From NCBI RefSeq assembly GCF_009914755.1, contig NC_060927.1: DNA of 64,000 nt. The stretch is one strand, 5' to 3'. Shown here piece by piece: positions 41,449 through 55,903 of this stretch (positions within the stretch are counted from its first letter, which is position 1; every line of letters starts with the position of its first letter). Below the pieces are notes generated by a model. That model did no database searches. It was given only the letters and a program-made list of their open reading frames with translations, and had not been told where the DNA came from. The translations under genes and the position numbers were made by a program. The DNA comes from the human T2T-CHM13v2.0 reference genome, Homo sapiens.

Positions 41449-42209
41449 TATATTATTTGCATTTAAGTCCTGAATTTAATTAACAATCCTACAACTCTTT
41501 ATTTTGGTTGAGTCTTTTGGTGAAAATCCAGGCTACAAAGACATGCTCTATGTTCTCCAATGATACAGTTGTTTAGGCTAAATAAGTCCAACAGGTAAAA
41601 AGGAATCACTCTAAGAACAAAACAGGATGCTATTTGGGAGTGGATAATCATCATTACAAGAAAGCATCCAACACATGTACATTTATGGAGCAAATATATA
41701 TCCATGATTACAAATAGGAGACTACAAGTTTATATCCTAGGAAAATGCTGCTTTGGCAAGGTTCCCAAATCAATTTGGTATCAGAAATTCTTGACAGTAC
41801 TACCTAAAACTCCTCAAATCTACTTTTTCTGAGAAAGCATTGTCTTTCAATCAGCAGTCTGAGGCAAGATGTGTAACAGCCTGAAATATCCTTTCCATTG
41901 TTGAAAGCTTCAAACCTTTCTACACTAAGGGATTTATGACTATTTCTGATACATTCAGTCATTTCCCCTATATTTTTCCTGGCACTATGTTGAAAGGATA
42001 ATTTAAACATTAAGATTTATGTGCCATTTAAAGTAAAGGCAGTTGGTTCTTTCTCAAAGAGGTGTGATTTTACTGCCATCTGGCTAAAGTAATGGCTTCT
42101 TTCTTGGTTAGTGACAAGCAAAAAGAAAAAAAGTGAAGAAGACTAGAGAATGGTATTCCTAAATAAACTCCAAGCAACAGATGAGGGGAGCCATTTGTAT
42201 ATCAAATGT

Positions 42210-42430
42210 GATAGAGGAGAGGTTAGGAAACATTGGTTTTGCTGTCAGACAAACCCAAGTCCTGGTTCTGAATCTGTTTACCATATGTATAAACCTTGGC
42301 TGAGTTTCTGAGTACTCTGAGTTTTAGCTTCCTCCTAAGTGAAATGGGAACAATAACAGGGTTGTTGCATATATTAAATGGGGTAATACACATATAGTGG
42401 TAAGTGGAGAATGGATATATAACAAAGTCA
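42210..42430 (+). mobile_element. MIR
   Basis: gtcagacaaacc...ccttggc...ctctgagttttagcttcctcctaagtgaaatggg...agggttgttg. Confidence 0.7.
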
Positions 42431-42629
42431 AAAAAATTGTAGATTATATCACTATCAGAATACCTTATAAGGAGTAAATGAAAGTTAATTTTTTATACTC
42501 TTTAACCACTAAATAATTCTTTCTGCGAATGTGGTATGAGGAAAATTTGCATCAATATCACAGCGTGGGCTACTTGTGAAAAATGCTCATTTCTAACTCA
42601 CACCCAGATGTACTTAATTTTTTGAATTT

Positions 42630-43095
42630 ATTTATCTGTTGAATGAATCAACAAGTATTTCTGCACACTTGGTATATGCCAGTCACAGTACTGGAAATAA
42701 AATGATGAATATGACAAACAAGTTCCCTGCCCTTACAGAATTTACATTCTAATGGGGAAGACACAGTAAATAAATAACATAATTAACAGATTGTGTTAAA
42801 TGTTACATAGTAAGCATGTTGATGATACAGAACAACCTGAAAAGGCCACTTTAGATAGGGCGGTTTGGTGAATACGTTCAGGGGAGATGACATATGAGTT
42901 GAGACTTGAAGAAATTGAGACTACTATGATAACAGCCAGAAGAAGAGCATTCCTGGCAGAAGGAAGAAAAATCCCAATGACCTAGAAATTTGAAAGACTT
43001 GGAATGTTTTTATAAAGGAGATCAATGTAACTGGAATGTCATGAGAGAGGAATGGTACGAACTGATATGGAATATATTGAAGAGAAAAGAAATGA
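42630..43095 (-). mobile_element. L2 remnant
   Basis: aacaagtattt...tatatgccag...ccctgcccttacagaatttacattctaatgggg...gagcattcctggcagaagg. Confidence 0.8.
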
Positions 43096-43102
43096 AGTTC
43101 CA

Positions 43103-46100
43103 TTTCACCCCTTGTACTTCTTGGATCCATTTGCTTTCTATTATAAATTCATCCCATCCGCTTTTCCAGAATTATGGTTGGTATCTTTTTCTGGGGAACT
43201 ATACTAAGGAAGGTTAGTGGGATAAACCACAAACCCCACCATATTGCTGTCTCAAGATTGCAACTAATGCTCATCTTTCTTCTCTGCTACCAATTCTAGA
43301 ATTCCTTCAACTTCAGCACTTCCGCTGGTCCAGGTGGCTTATTTAGTGAGGTGATCCAGACCCTCACGTGGAATATAAGCTTCAGGTCACCATGTTGTTC
43401 TAGGCCATGACTACTGCACTTTACTACTACAGTCAAAATTCAGAAGGGCTGCAGGAGCATACTAAAAGATTCCCTATTGTATCACCTAGTTGTCAAACAT
43501 ATTACTTCCTATTTTCATTGTATAGTAGCTATCCTGCTTCCTTCTGGTCTTCAGAGCCTATTACCCTTTGTGCTGACCTCTTTGCATGGAGATCCCAAAG
43601 TAACTGGATGGAAACCGTACCTTAGAGTTTAATGGGGTTTTCACTGTGTTCTGTAAAGGAAGCATTATCCTTCTCAGTTAACTAGAACTCCTAGCCTCAA
43701 AAAACATAAAGTTTCTGGGCTGGAAAGCACATATGTGGACCATTGGAGGTGATGATATGTGGGGATATTCTGATTTCCACAATTTGGTTCAAGAACCAAT
43801 GTATTTAACCTACGGGGAACCCTGCACCATATGATAGTCATTGACTTAGAGCAGGTGTCAGCATATTTTTTTTTTTTGTAAAAGGCCAAACAGTAAATAG
43901 TTTGGGCTTTGCAGGCAATATGATCTTTGTTGCAACTCTTAATTCTGCTGCTTTACTGTGAAAGCAGCCATAGGCAATATGTAAATGAAGGAAAGTGGCC
44001 ATGTTCTATTAAAACATTATTTACAACAAAGGTGGCAGGTCCTTGGACTGTAGTTTGTTGATTCCTGATTTAGAGTGTGTAGTGCTTTGTAGGGAATGGC
44101 ATTCCATTCTTGCAGAGTAACATATCCCACTGATGCCAGAACTGAATATTCAAAAGGCAAATCCATCACTCTACTGGGTGGGCAGCTTCTAAGTAGTGGG
44201 CTGTCATGTGACAGAACCCGCAACTATAACCGTTTCATTGTTGTAGGTGGCATTTTGGGTCTTATTTGTTATTATGAAGGATATCTTATTATCTGTTCAG
44301 TTGATTTAATATTCTGTAGCCCTCAGATGGTAGTGCTAACCAAGACTATGTCAGCAGGAAAGACAAAATGAATTGCTGTCTTCTTCAGAATAAGAGTGAT
44401 TCCATGTAATCAGTTTACTATCAATAGGCTGCTTACCCTTCTGCTATATTAGGGGCTCAGTATTAGTATCCTTTGCTGGATGCTGAATATTTAGAAGTGG
44501 CAGTAGCTAGATAAGTTTTGGTAAGTGGGAACAAATAGGAGATATCCTCTATTCTTGCCATTCTGGTTACTCCTCTCATAAGCCTATTGTCTCAGCAGTG
44601 AGGTGGTAGATGACAGATGCTATCTGATATCAGTTGGCTCATAAGTTCAACATTGTGCTTTTCCTCACCACAGAATCTCTGGTAACATAAGGTCTGCTGG
44701 GCCTTATGGCCCAGATGGTAGAGCTGCCTGAATTATAGCCTGGACGTCCTGCAGACCTCTTATCTTTGTTGAGCCCTGCTAAGAGCAGATAGCTTTTGTA
44801 TCACTTGGTTAGTGGGTTTAAGAAGTATTCCCAAGTATGTAATATTTTCTCACCAGGAACCTGAAGGGGTTTACAAGGCATTGTGCTACCTTTCTAATGA
44901 TAGGAGTTATAAGTTTTAATAGTTTATTCCTTATTTTGGAGGGGATTTACATGCATGCCCCTGACCACTGTAAAATTCACTGATGCAGCAGTCCTTGAAT
45001 CTTCACAGGGTGTATCTTCCACCTGTGGACTATACATGATTTTCCAAGGAGCACATATATCTTATCAGAGCCTCGAACATACTTGCCACTTTTTGCTTAT
45101 TTGTTCCAATTAACATGGGTCATCAATATAGTAGAATAATATGACATACTGCAGAATATCCAGACAGTTGAGGTCTCTTGGAAATATATTACAAGACAGA
45201 GTTGGAGATTTAATATAGCTTAGGCCAAGACTGTATATATTTATTATTTTCTGTTCCATGTGAATGAAAACTGGTTTTAAGCCTCTTTCTTGACAGAGAT
45301 GGAAAATAACACATCTGCTAAGTCAATGGCCAAATGCCATCTACCCGAGTCCATGGTAATCTGCTCTATTGATGATACCACACTTGGCATAGAAGCTGCA
45401 ATTGGGACTAGTTTAATTGTTTGTTGAGTCTGCAGCAGTATACTGTTATCCAACAGAACCCCAACATTTTCACAGGGGCCAGACTGGTAAATTAAATGAT
45501 AGCATCAATCATCTCTGCCTCCTTTAGGTCTTAATTTCTACCATTCTTGTTGAAATGCAATATTGTTTTTATTTATCATTTTGACTGGGCATGGAGTGGG
45601 CAGCTTCAATAGCTTCCATCTTTCATACTGTGATAATGCTTATTCCACAGGCCAAGGAATCAATGTGAGAGTTGTGCCCATAATGAATCACACATTTGGA
45701 GATAGGAATAAGAACTTACCTATGAACCATCCCTGGGCCAGAGCTCCACTTATTACCTGGCTTTCATAATCACCATCGTAAGAAGGACATCCATGAAAAT
45801 GCTTCATGTTTCTGAGTATCAGTGCCAACTCAGAGCCTATATACAAGAGTCCCTGAAATTTCTGGAAATTCCTCTTTTTCCAGTGTATGGTGTTATGTGT
45901 AAATAGTTAAGTTTCCTTTGGGGAAATAACTCGGGGAATTATTCCTGTATATATTTACCATAGAGTTGCAGAGCCCCCTTGTCCTGAGCACCCAGTCTTT
46001 CTCCCCTTCAGTCAGCAGGTTCTGGGCCCAAGATTTGGCTCAAGTCTGGAAACTGGGCCAATGATTGTGATATATTATTGAGGGAGGTGCTCTCAGCCTC

Positions 46101-47599
46101 CTAATTATTAATTTTTCATGTATTTGGTAGTATAAATTAAGCAATATCCCTGTTTGCTGCCTGTGTATCTTTATCCCCAGGAATTTTGTATTATATTAAT
46201 CATTTTATAGCTCTGTGCAGGTCAGACCCCGAATTGCCACTCCAGTTTTGCCTCTCATTACAGTAATTGTGCACAGCTTGCTTCTGATGATTAAGCACCT
46301 GCCCTCTTTCATCCTCATTGCCTGTTTTGTGACGGCATTTCCTGGTCTGCAAGGGAAAGCACCCATTGAGCTTCCCATTGACACTGGTATCCCTCTCCCA
46401 AGTGCAATCCTTGTTCCCTCGGTAAAAAGATTGTCTGCCTAGACCTCCCACAAACATTGTCAGCTGGTAAGTTTTCTAGCCATATGTAGTGTATCCTTTC
46501 TAACATGTTCACTTCTGTCTTCCTGTTGATCCCTCTGTCAGCTGTTTGCCACTGTAGTTCTAGTATTCTTACTTCATTTAGAGCGCTCTTTGTTTTTTTC
46601 AAGCTTCCAAGGAGCATACTAGCAGTATATTAATACTTTCTTCTAAAGTCTTACCAAGAGGTTAAATCCTATATCCCAGAAAAGCAGCAAATAAATTCTT
46701 GTTATCCAACTTTATATTCTGCCCCCTGATCCAGCACCTCAGGAACAAATTTCAAAAAACACTCCTGGCTCCTGCTACTGTCTGTTGACTGGGTCTCACT
46801 GATCCTTTGGAATACATTTCTTTTCCTTTTTTGGCAGATCCACCACTTCTCTGGTTGGGATATATTATGAATTAACCCTACATATTGGTCTGGTGGTCAG
46901 GATAGGAGATGGGGACAGATCCTGAGAGGAGTGCATACTGTCTTTTAAAGCAGGATGGGGAAGCACTGGCCTTTTAAAGGGATGTGTGGGCCATTCCTGC
47001 AGGCCCAAAGGGAACACGGTATCTGGAAATCCAGGATTTTTGATGATTTGACCCATAATGGCCCCATCTCTGACTCAGGATTCTCTGCCTTCATAATAGG
47101 CTTCTGATCCCTGCATGTCAGATTTGCCATGGTTGACAAGTCAACTTTCTCTGGAACTGTCTGAGTCTTACATCATTCTTTTCTTCCCTTCAAGTTCCAA
47201 GAATTGAGTCTCTTTTCTGCTACCAAAAAAGCTCTTCAGCTTTCAGAGCTAATATTTAATTGTTAATTATCATCAGCATTTTAAAGTATTTCTTCAATGA
47301 CTCAGTAGCAGCCAGCGAAGGTTGTCTGATTGATTCCACTGCCCTTATGATTACTATTTCCTCAGAATCTTTCAAATGCCTAAGACACTCTCATACTTGT
47401 GCATTTCTTTTCACCAGGTATCTTGTTCCAGTTCACCATTAGTGAAAGTTTTCACAATAACCACTATAACACGCTGGGGGCTATGAGTACTCTGCTCACC
47501 TTCTATGATGGGGTCCTCATTACAAGTTGGCCAGAGGGAGATACAGCTCCCAGACTTTCACTTTATAATCTATTTCCTGGAGTCGCTCCTGACTTCATC
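43103..47599 (-). mobile_element. Ancient ERVL-class internal region (ERV3-16A3-like), decayed gag-pol
   Basis: Antisense translation gives RT motifs WHLAIDLADVLFSI..QFSFTW (~45255-45340) and YYIDD (~45120-45135); ORF 46315-46617 resembles ERVL gag (LNEV..LELQW..MLERIHY); PPT-like aaggggtgaa at ~43105. Confidence 0.75.
43852..44067. mobile_element. MER58A-like hAT MITE inserted in the ERV
   Basis: cagg..gtaaaaggccaaacagtaaata..gcagccataggcaatatgtaaatgaa..tagtttg..cctg; 8-bp TSD acttagag/atttagag. Confidence 0.88.
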
Positions 47600-48037
47600 T
47601 GTCAGAGGATAGGTTCCCTGTGAGAGATACTCTAAGATAAAGATTTGTATGCAGGAGATTTTTGTGGGAGAGAGCTCTTGGGAACAACACCAGTAAATGA
47701 TGGAAAAACTGCAGTATTAGGGAGAGGGACAAGTGGAACTGCAACAGAATCAAACATAGGTCTCAGCCAGTCCTCCAGGAAGCTCTGGAGCTGGGAAAGG
47801 CCTTCAGAGTAGTCCCAAATGGAGGCAATAATGTTGGGCCATTGTACCTTCATCAACAGTCAGTCACTGGGTGCAGACTGCCCCAGGGAAAGAAATACAA
47901 CTTTAGAAGAGGTGGCTTCCTGTACCTGAGGGGAATTCCCAGAGAGAAACTCAGAGCTATTGGCAACCAACGCCTGTAACCTGGGATAATGAGTGTCCTG
48001 GTCCTGAAAGCAAGGATCTGTATTGCACTCCATAACA
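47600..48037 (-). mobile_element. LTR16-like ERVL LTR (5' LTR of the adjacent internal region)
   Basis: tgtcagaggataggttccc...ggaagctctggagctggga..ggccttcagag..gtcctggtcctgaa...ca; abuts a degenerate PBS-like sequence. Confidence 0.7.
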
Positions 48038-49479
48038 TTCACTGAATCATCACTATTGAATTCACTTTTTAGTGAGTCTAGAACACTAGATATCTTTCAA
48101 CATCACCATGGTGGCAAAGATACTTGGAGCCGGGAGAGTTTTTGGATGTGTGATCAGATGCTTTCAGTAAATGGGATCTGCACAAGAAACGGCTCATCTT
48201 AAGTGTCCAAAAATTTTACATTACCACAGCTGCCTTCAGTATAATTCACAATTGTTTCCAAAGATCCAAGACAATTACTCACTTATTTCTTCCCCAAAAA
48301 ATCTCTTCCAATTTTACAAGTGAGGAAAGAATGTCATAATATTTAGAATAATAGAATGAGTTGGTATGCTTGCAGCAAAGCCAATCCTACAAGTGAACTT
48401 CTTGTTAAACAGATCTTCCTGTGAATAAATGGCCGACAGAATCAAAGTCCTCCCATCATCCTCTGAGTTTGGCCTATGAGCCTGCACACGTATAACCTTT
48501 CAGGATTAGAATTCCCTTTTACCCTTTATAATCAAGACATTATACAGTTAAGCAAAATATTTGTTAAACTACTGTGTGCCTTTAGCAAGAACTATAAGAT
48601 ATGGGGCTGTTGCAACATCAATGACTCAAAGGTTAAGGATGCAATTTCTTTCATCAACATTTAATGTGGTGAAGTGACTTTTATGACTTTTCACTGTGCA
48701 TATTTTTTAAGCTGGTAAGAATTATGGTAATCATTGACACATCAACTTCCTAGAACTAAAAAATTAACGAGGTTCAGAAGCAAATTCGTTGCTCTACTTC
48801 ATCATCTGAACTCAGTTCAACTGAGATCTAAATCCCTGGAATCTTCAAAGAGAACCAGTAAGCCCCTAATATCTACTCTTGTTGATTTCTGATGATCCTT
48901 GTAGGATATCTTTCTTGGTGAAGAAAGAAGAAAATAATTGTGCATTGCTGTCAATCATTAAATCATGGGAGCTGGTCATGGGATTGAGAAGAAAACTAAA
49001 CATTTTAGCTGTCAGCAATGTTTAAGTACTTTAAAGGATGCTAAATTTGAGGACTTAACCAAAATGCTATTTAAATAGATTTAGTATAAAACCTATATAA
49101 GGAAATAAGTCAGTATAAGTATGTGAATTCACATTAAGTTGTTTATAAATAGCAAACACTTTAGGGAGCCTAGTTTTATGTACAGTGCATTCTTCACTTG
49201 GTACTTACAGTGCATTTGGGAAAATGAAAATATTTTCAGTATTACAGCTGGAAAGTCAGTAGGCCATCTTATGCCAATGCCTCAGACTTTTCTTAGTACA
49301 AGTCTGGAAATATGGATCCCATATTCCTAGGAAACACTTGAGATGGTACAGGAGTTTCAACCTTTCCCTGGTCACAAAGCAACCTGGAAATGGCACTTCC
49401 TGTCTTCCTTCTATACAGAAGAGACACTGAGAATTTTCTAGGCTGTATAACCATGTTCTTTGTCACTATGCAAGTCACA

Positions 49480-49660
49480 TCACCACTCATTAAAATCCTG
49501 TGAAGGTGTTACCATTATCCCCATTTCATAGATAAAGATTCTGAAGCACAGAGATGTGAAATGTCTTGCTCCAAGTCATAAAGCCAGTAAGAAGGGAGAC
49601 ATAATTCAAACCCAGGCAGTTTGCTTGAAGAACTTGTGGGTTTAATTACTTGGCAATGCT
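49480..49660 (-). mobile_element. MIR
   Basis: attatccccatttcatagat...ctgaagcacagaga...aagtcata..gccagtaag...ttcaaacccaggcagt. Confidence 0.8.
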
Positions 49661-49906
49661 GACTTCTGCTCACATTATTTATTAACAATATTAATAAAAC
49701 CAGGAGAATTTGAGGAGAAACAGAAATGAAAATATAAATAAATCATACTGTTGAAGCTGATTACCCCATTTGATTCGGTTTGTTACCCAGTCAGTCAGGC
49801 ATCTGCATTTGATTTGCAAATCTTCACAAGAATTATGACTCTCAATGGATCAACAAATGTTCCTGATACTTAAAAGAAACAGGATGAATAACTTTGGTTT
49901 TGGTAG

Positions 49907-50356
49907 TTTTATTAGTCAGAGTTTTACAGAGAAAGAGTACCGATAGGATATATAGATATAGAGACAGAAATAGAGATAGAGGTATAAGGGTAGATTTATT
50001 ATAGGATTGGCTGACATGATTATAGGGGCTAAGGAATTGCATAATATGCTGCCTGCAGGCTGGAGAACCAGGAAACCTGGTATTGTAATTTAGCCCACTT
50101 CCAAAGGCTTGAGAATGACGAGTGTTAATATTTGAGGGCAGGAGAAGATGGATGTCTCACCCAAAACTTCTGCCTTTTGTTCCACTGGGGCTCTCAACAG
50201 ATTGGGTAATGCCCATCTACATTGGTGAGAGCCATCTGCTTTACTCAGTCTACAGATTCAAGTGCTGATCTCTTTTAGAAATACCCCCACAGCCCCACCC
50301 AGAAATAATTTTTTATCAGCTATCTGTGCATTTCATAGCCCAGTTAAGTTATCATA
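49907..50356 (-). mobile_element. MLT2 (MLT2B-like) LTR
   Basis: ttagtcagagttttacagagaaa..ataggatatatag..ggctggagaaccaggaaa..gagggcaggagaagatggatgtc..tctgctttactcagtctac. Confidence 0.85.
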
Positions 50357-50890
50357 GTGGTGTTTGAAAATACTGTTACCCAGACCGCTGCTTTTAAAGC
50401 TCCGAGTTATCCCAGTGGCATATTTGCTTTGACAGCTAACTAATCTACAAAATGAATCACGCATGCAAATCTATCAGATGTGCTTCTTGAGTCTCTTTAA
50501 TTCATGTTTTGGCTATAATTTTCTAAATAGAAATATGAAATAAATTATATTATCATATCTCTTTTTTTCTGTTTTTAAATACAATATACACTTACTGTTA
50601 AAATTTACTAAAAAGTGAAATACATACAATTGAAGATACACTTCATTTATACTCTTACATAACAAAGAAACTAGTAATATTTTCATAGACTTTTCTCCCT
50701 CCTCCTCTTTCTCTTCCTTCTCCTTCTTTTAGCTTTTCAATAAAAGTACATCCTGCAGGTGTGGCTTTCCATTCTACTTTATATCACTCTATATTTGTCT
50801 TAGTCATTAACTATTCTTCAAAAGCAAATTTCAGTGGGTGACTGAATAATACCATATTACATGGACACAGCTTAAAGGACATTTGGACAT

Positions 50891-53194
50891 TGTATTAGTT
50901 AATTTTCATGCTGTCAAGCAAAGAGGGAAGCCTCTTATAAAACCATCAGATCTTGTGAGAACTCACTCATTATCACTCACTATCAGGAGAATAGCATGAG
51001 CAGCATAAAGGTAACCACCCCCATGATTTAACTACCTTCCACCAGGTCCCTCCCATGACATGTGGGGATTATGGAGAGTACAATTCAAGATGAGATTTGG
51101 GTGGGGACACAGTCAAACCATATCATTCTGCCCCTGGCCCCTCCCATATCTCATGCCCTTGCATTTCAAAACACAATCATGCACTTCCAACAGTCCTCCA
51201 AAGTCTCAAGTCATTCCAGCATTAACTCAAAAGTCCAAGTTCAAAGTCTTATCTGAGACAAGGCAAGTCCCTTCCACCTATGAGCCTGTAAAATCAAAGG
51301 CAAGTTAGTTACTTCCTAGATACAATGGGGGTACAGGCATTGTGTAAATACAGGCATTCCAAATGGGAGAAATTGGCCAAAACAAAGAAGCTGCAGGCCC
51401 CATGAAAGTCTGAAATCCACCAAGGCAGTAATTAAATATTAAAATTGTGAAATTATCTCCTTTGACTCTATGTCTCACATCCAGGTCATGATGATGCAAG
51501 AGGTAGGCTCTGATGGCCTTGGGAAGCTCTGCTCCTTTCACTTTGCAGGGCATAACTCCCCTCTAGGCTTCTTCAATGGGCTGGTTTTGAGTGCCTGCAG
51601 CTTTTCCAGGCAAGCTGTAGGTGGATCTACCATTCTTGGGTCTGGAGGATGGTGGCCTCTTACCACAGCTTCACTAGGCAGTGCCCCAGTGGAGACTCTG
51701 TGTGGGGCCTCTGACACCACATTTCTCTTCCTCACTGCCATAGCAGAGGTTCTTCATGAGGGCTCCACCCCTGCAGCAAACTTCTGCCTGGACATCCAGG
51801 CATTTCTATACATCCTCTGAAATCTAAGCAGAGGTTCCTAAATCTCAGTTCTTGACTTCTGTGCACCTGCAGGCTCAACACCACATGGAAGTTGCCAAGG
51901 CTTGAGGCTTGAACCTCCTGAATCCACAGCCCAAGCTGTGCTTTGGCCTCTTTTAGCCAGGGCTGGAGTGGCTGAGAAGCTGGTCACCAAGTCACTAGGC
52001 TGCACACAGCAGGGGGTACCTGGGCCCAGCCCACAAAACCATTGTTTCCTCCTAGGTCTCCAGGCCTGTGATGGGAGGTGCTGCTGCAAAGTTCTCTGAC
52101 ATGCCCTGGAGACATTTTCCCCATTGTCTTTGTGATTAACATTCGGCTCCTCATTACTTATGCAAATTTCTGCAGCAGGCTTGAATTTCTCCCCAGGAAA
52201 TGGGGCTTTTCTTTACTATTGCATCATCAGGCTACAAATTTTCCAAACTTTTATGCTCTCCTTCCCTTTTAAGCATAAGTTCCAATTCCAAGCCATATCT
52301 TTATGAATGAATAAAACTCAACAATTTTAAAAGCACCCATGTCACATCTTGAATGCTGTGCCACTTAGAAATTTCTTCTGCCAGATTCCCTAAATCATCT
52401 CCCTCAAATTCAAAGTTCCACAGATCTCTAGGGCAGGAACAAAATGTCACCAGTCTCTTTGCTACAGCATAACAAGAGTCACATTAATTCCACTTCCCAA
52501 CAAGTTCCTCATCTCCATCTCAGTCCACCTCAGCCTAGACTTCATTGTCCATATCACTATCAGCATTTTTGTCAAAGCCATTCAACAAGTCTCTAGGAAG
52601 TTTCAGACTGTGCTGCTTCTTTCTGTATTCTGAGCCTTCCAAGTCTCTAAGAAGTTCAAAACCTTCCCATATTTTTCTGTCTTCTTCTGAGCTCTACAAA
52701 TGGTTCCAACTTCTGCCTGTTACCCAGTTCCAAAGTCACTTCCACATTTTGGGGTATTCTTATAGCAGTACCCCAATACATGGTACCAATTTACAGTATT
52801 GGTTCATTTTCACACTGCTATGAAGAAATACCCAAGGCTGGGTAATTTATAAAGAAAAGAGGTTTAATTGACTCACAGCACAGGATGGCTGGAAAGGCCT
52901 CAGGAAAATTAAAATCATGGTGGAAGGGGAACCAAAAACATGCTTCTTCACATGGCAGCAGGAGTGAGAAGAATGAGAGCCTAGCAAAGGTGGAAGCCCC
53001 TTATAAAACCATCAAATCTCGTGAGATGTCATTCACTATCATGAGAACAGCAAGAGCAGCATGAGGGTAACCATCTCCATGATTAAATTACCTCCCACTG
53101 GGTCCCTCCCATGATACATGGGTATTATAATCCAGATGAGATTTGAGTGGGGAAACAGCAGAGATTTGGTTGGGAACACAGCCAAACCATATCA
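50891..53194 (-). mobile_element. THE1 (C/D-like) MaLR provirus: 3' LTR 50891-51125 (internally deleted), internal region 51126-~52793, 5' LTR ~52794-53194
   Basis: Both LTRs end ..acacag(c/t)caaaccatatca; THE1-int motifs (aggcaagtcccttccacctatgagcctgtaaaatc); perfect 5-bp TSD gacat at 50886-50890 and 53195-53199. Confidence 0.93.
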
Positions 53195-53494
53195 GACATT
53201 GTTTACTTGAATAAAATAAAACTACAACAAACTTTTCTGTTCATTTCCCTAGTCAAATTACAATCACCTATTTTTTAGATACTTTAAACAGTCTCTTTAA
53301 TGAGCTCCTACAATTCTTCTTAATTTCCTTCAATCTAGTCTCATGCAGCAGCCAACACAATCTATAAAACTAAATGGTTACTCTTGGAATAAAGACCAGA
53401 GACTTTACTACGGACCCCAAATCCCTAGATCATCTCATCACTGCCTCAATCACCAATCTTATTCTAAATCTTCTTAGAATTCACCTTTTTCACT

Positions 53495-53620
53495 GTATTT
53501 ATTTATTTAGAAACAAGGTCTCACTATTTTAACCAGACTGGACTTGAACTAAAGCGATCCTCCCACCTCAGCCTGCCAAATAGCTAAGACTACAGGCATG
53601 TTGCACCATGTCTGATTTAG
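53495..53620 (-). mobile_element. Free Alu monomer (FLAM/FAM-like) within L2 remnants
   Basis: tatttatttagaaacaaggtctcactat..aagcgatcctcccacctcagcc..gactacaggcatg. Confidence 0.75.
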
Positions 53621-54661
53621 CCTATTTAATTCTTCAGTGTTCCTTAAGTTTCAGGACAATTACCACTTTTCAAGGGAAACTTCTTATGTCCAGAACTCTG
53701 ATTTCCTGTTATATGTTTACATGACATGTGTACATTACATTCACAGAAGTAATTACATTTGGTAATTACCAATTCTGTGTAATTATTTTATTAATGCTTA
53801 CATTCTTCCCTATACAATAAGGTCAATTAGATCAGCAACTAAGATCATTTTTCATGGTATTGCTACTGCTTTGCAATAATTGGCACATAAAAGTCACATG
53901 ATGAATATTTATAAAATAAACCGATTTCTAGAAGAATTTTCAAGCATAATTTTCAAGCATAATCACATCATTTTGGCAGCTTGTCAAAATTTATTTTTAT
54001 ACCAGCAATATAGTAGGAGCATCTTTTTATCAGTATCATCTTTACCCTTTATAAGGAATTCTGACTTATTTACTTGACTTGAAATAGTATACCACTGTTA
54101 TTTTGTTTCTATTCATTTAAATAAAACATGATTTAAAAATTCATACTGGGGTTTCATAGTTTTTCTCCAAATCCTCTATATGGTCATTGTTCACACTTCT
54201 ATTGTGGTGCTAATGTGTTTCTTATTAATAAGTGCTCTTAACATATGTAAAGTTTTAACCATGTGTCTTATTTGCAAATGTTTTCCTCTAGGTCAATATT
54301 TGTTCTTACACTACGTTTACAGCAATTTTGGTATTTGCAAATATTAATTATGTATAGTAAGATTTACCAATAATTCCCTAATGATTTCTTAATGTTCTTA
54401 TGCTTGAAAAGCCATACGTTATCCCAAGACCAGTTAGTTACATATTTTTCTAGTTTTGTACAGTTTTATTTTTTATTATGTTTTCTTCTTGTCACTTTTG
54501 GAACTAAGCTGAACAGAATGGATTTAATAATAATTCTTGGCTCATGACACACTATCATCCTTGGTCTATGCACCACTCATTTGTATTCATTCATTCATTC
54601 ATTCATTGTTAAATAAGAAAATGAATACTGAATCCCATTACCTATTAAAAATATTCACAAA

Positions 54662-55003
<342 letters not shown>

Positions 55004-55384
55004 TCATGCATATATAAATATATGTGTATCTGTATATAAAATAATATATGTATACATAAATATATGTATAGATGTATCTATAAATATATGTGTGTAAACA
55101 TGTGTATAAGAAGATATGTATTTGAATATGTATTTATGGATACTTTGGATATTGCTTATTTTTTAATGTCATAAAAAAACATACTTTTGCAGAGTGTGCT
55201 AGTACTTGTCAGTTGTTTTCTTAGCATTTTTTACCAAGATTTATCCATATTATTGTATAGAACTGCATTCTTTCATCTATGGTATTGCACTATAAGAATA
55301 TGCCCCAATTTACTAATCCATTCTGTTGTCAATAAACATTTTGTTTTTTTTCAAATTTTGTGTTATTACAAACAGTTTTGCTAA

Positions 55385-55903
<519 letters not shown>

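Noticed and set aside
52575-52700. ~55-bp duplication near the end of the THE1 internal region
   Set aside because: As I recall this recurs in THE1 internal sequences, so it is probably not locus-specific.
53937-53963. Short 10-13 bp tandem duplications and 6-7 bp palindromes (also 4193, 8406, 17688, 48807)
   Set aside because: Within background expectation for slippage or chance.
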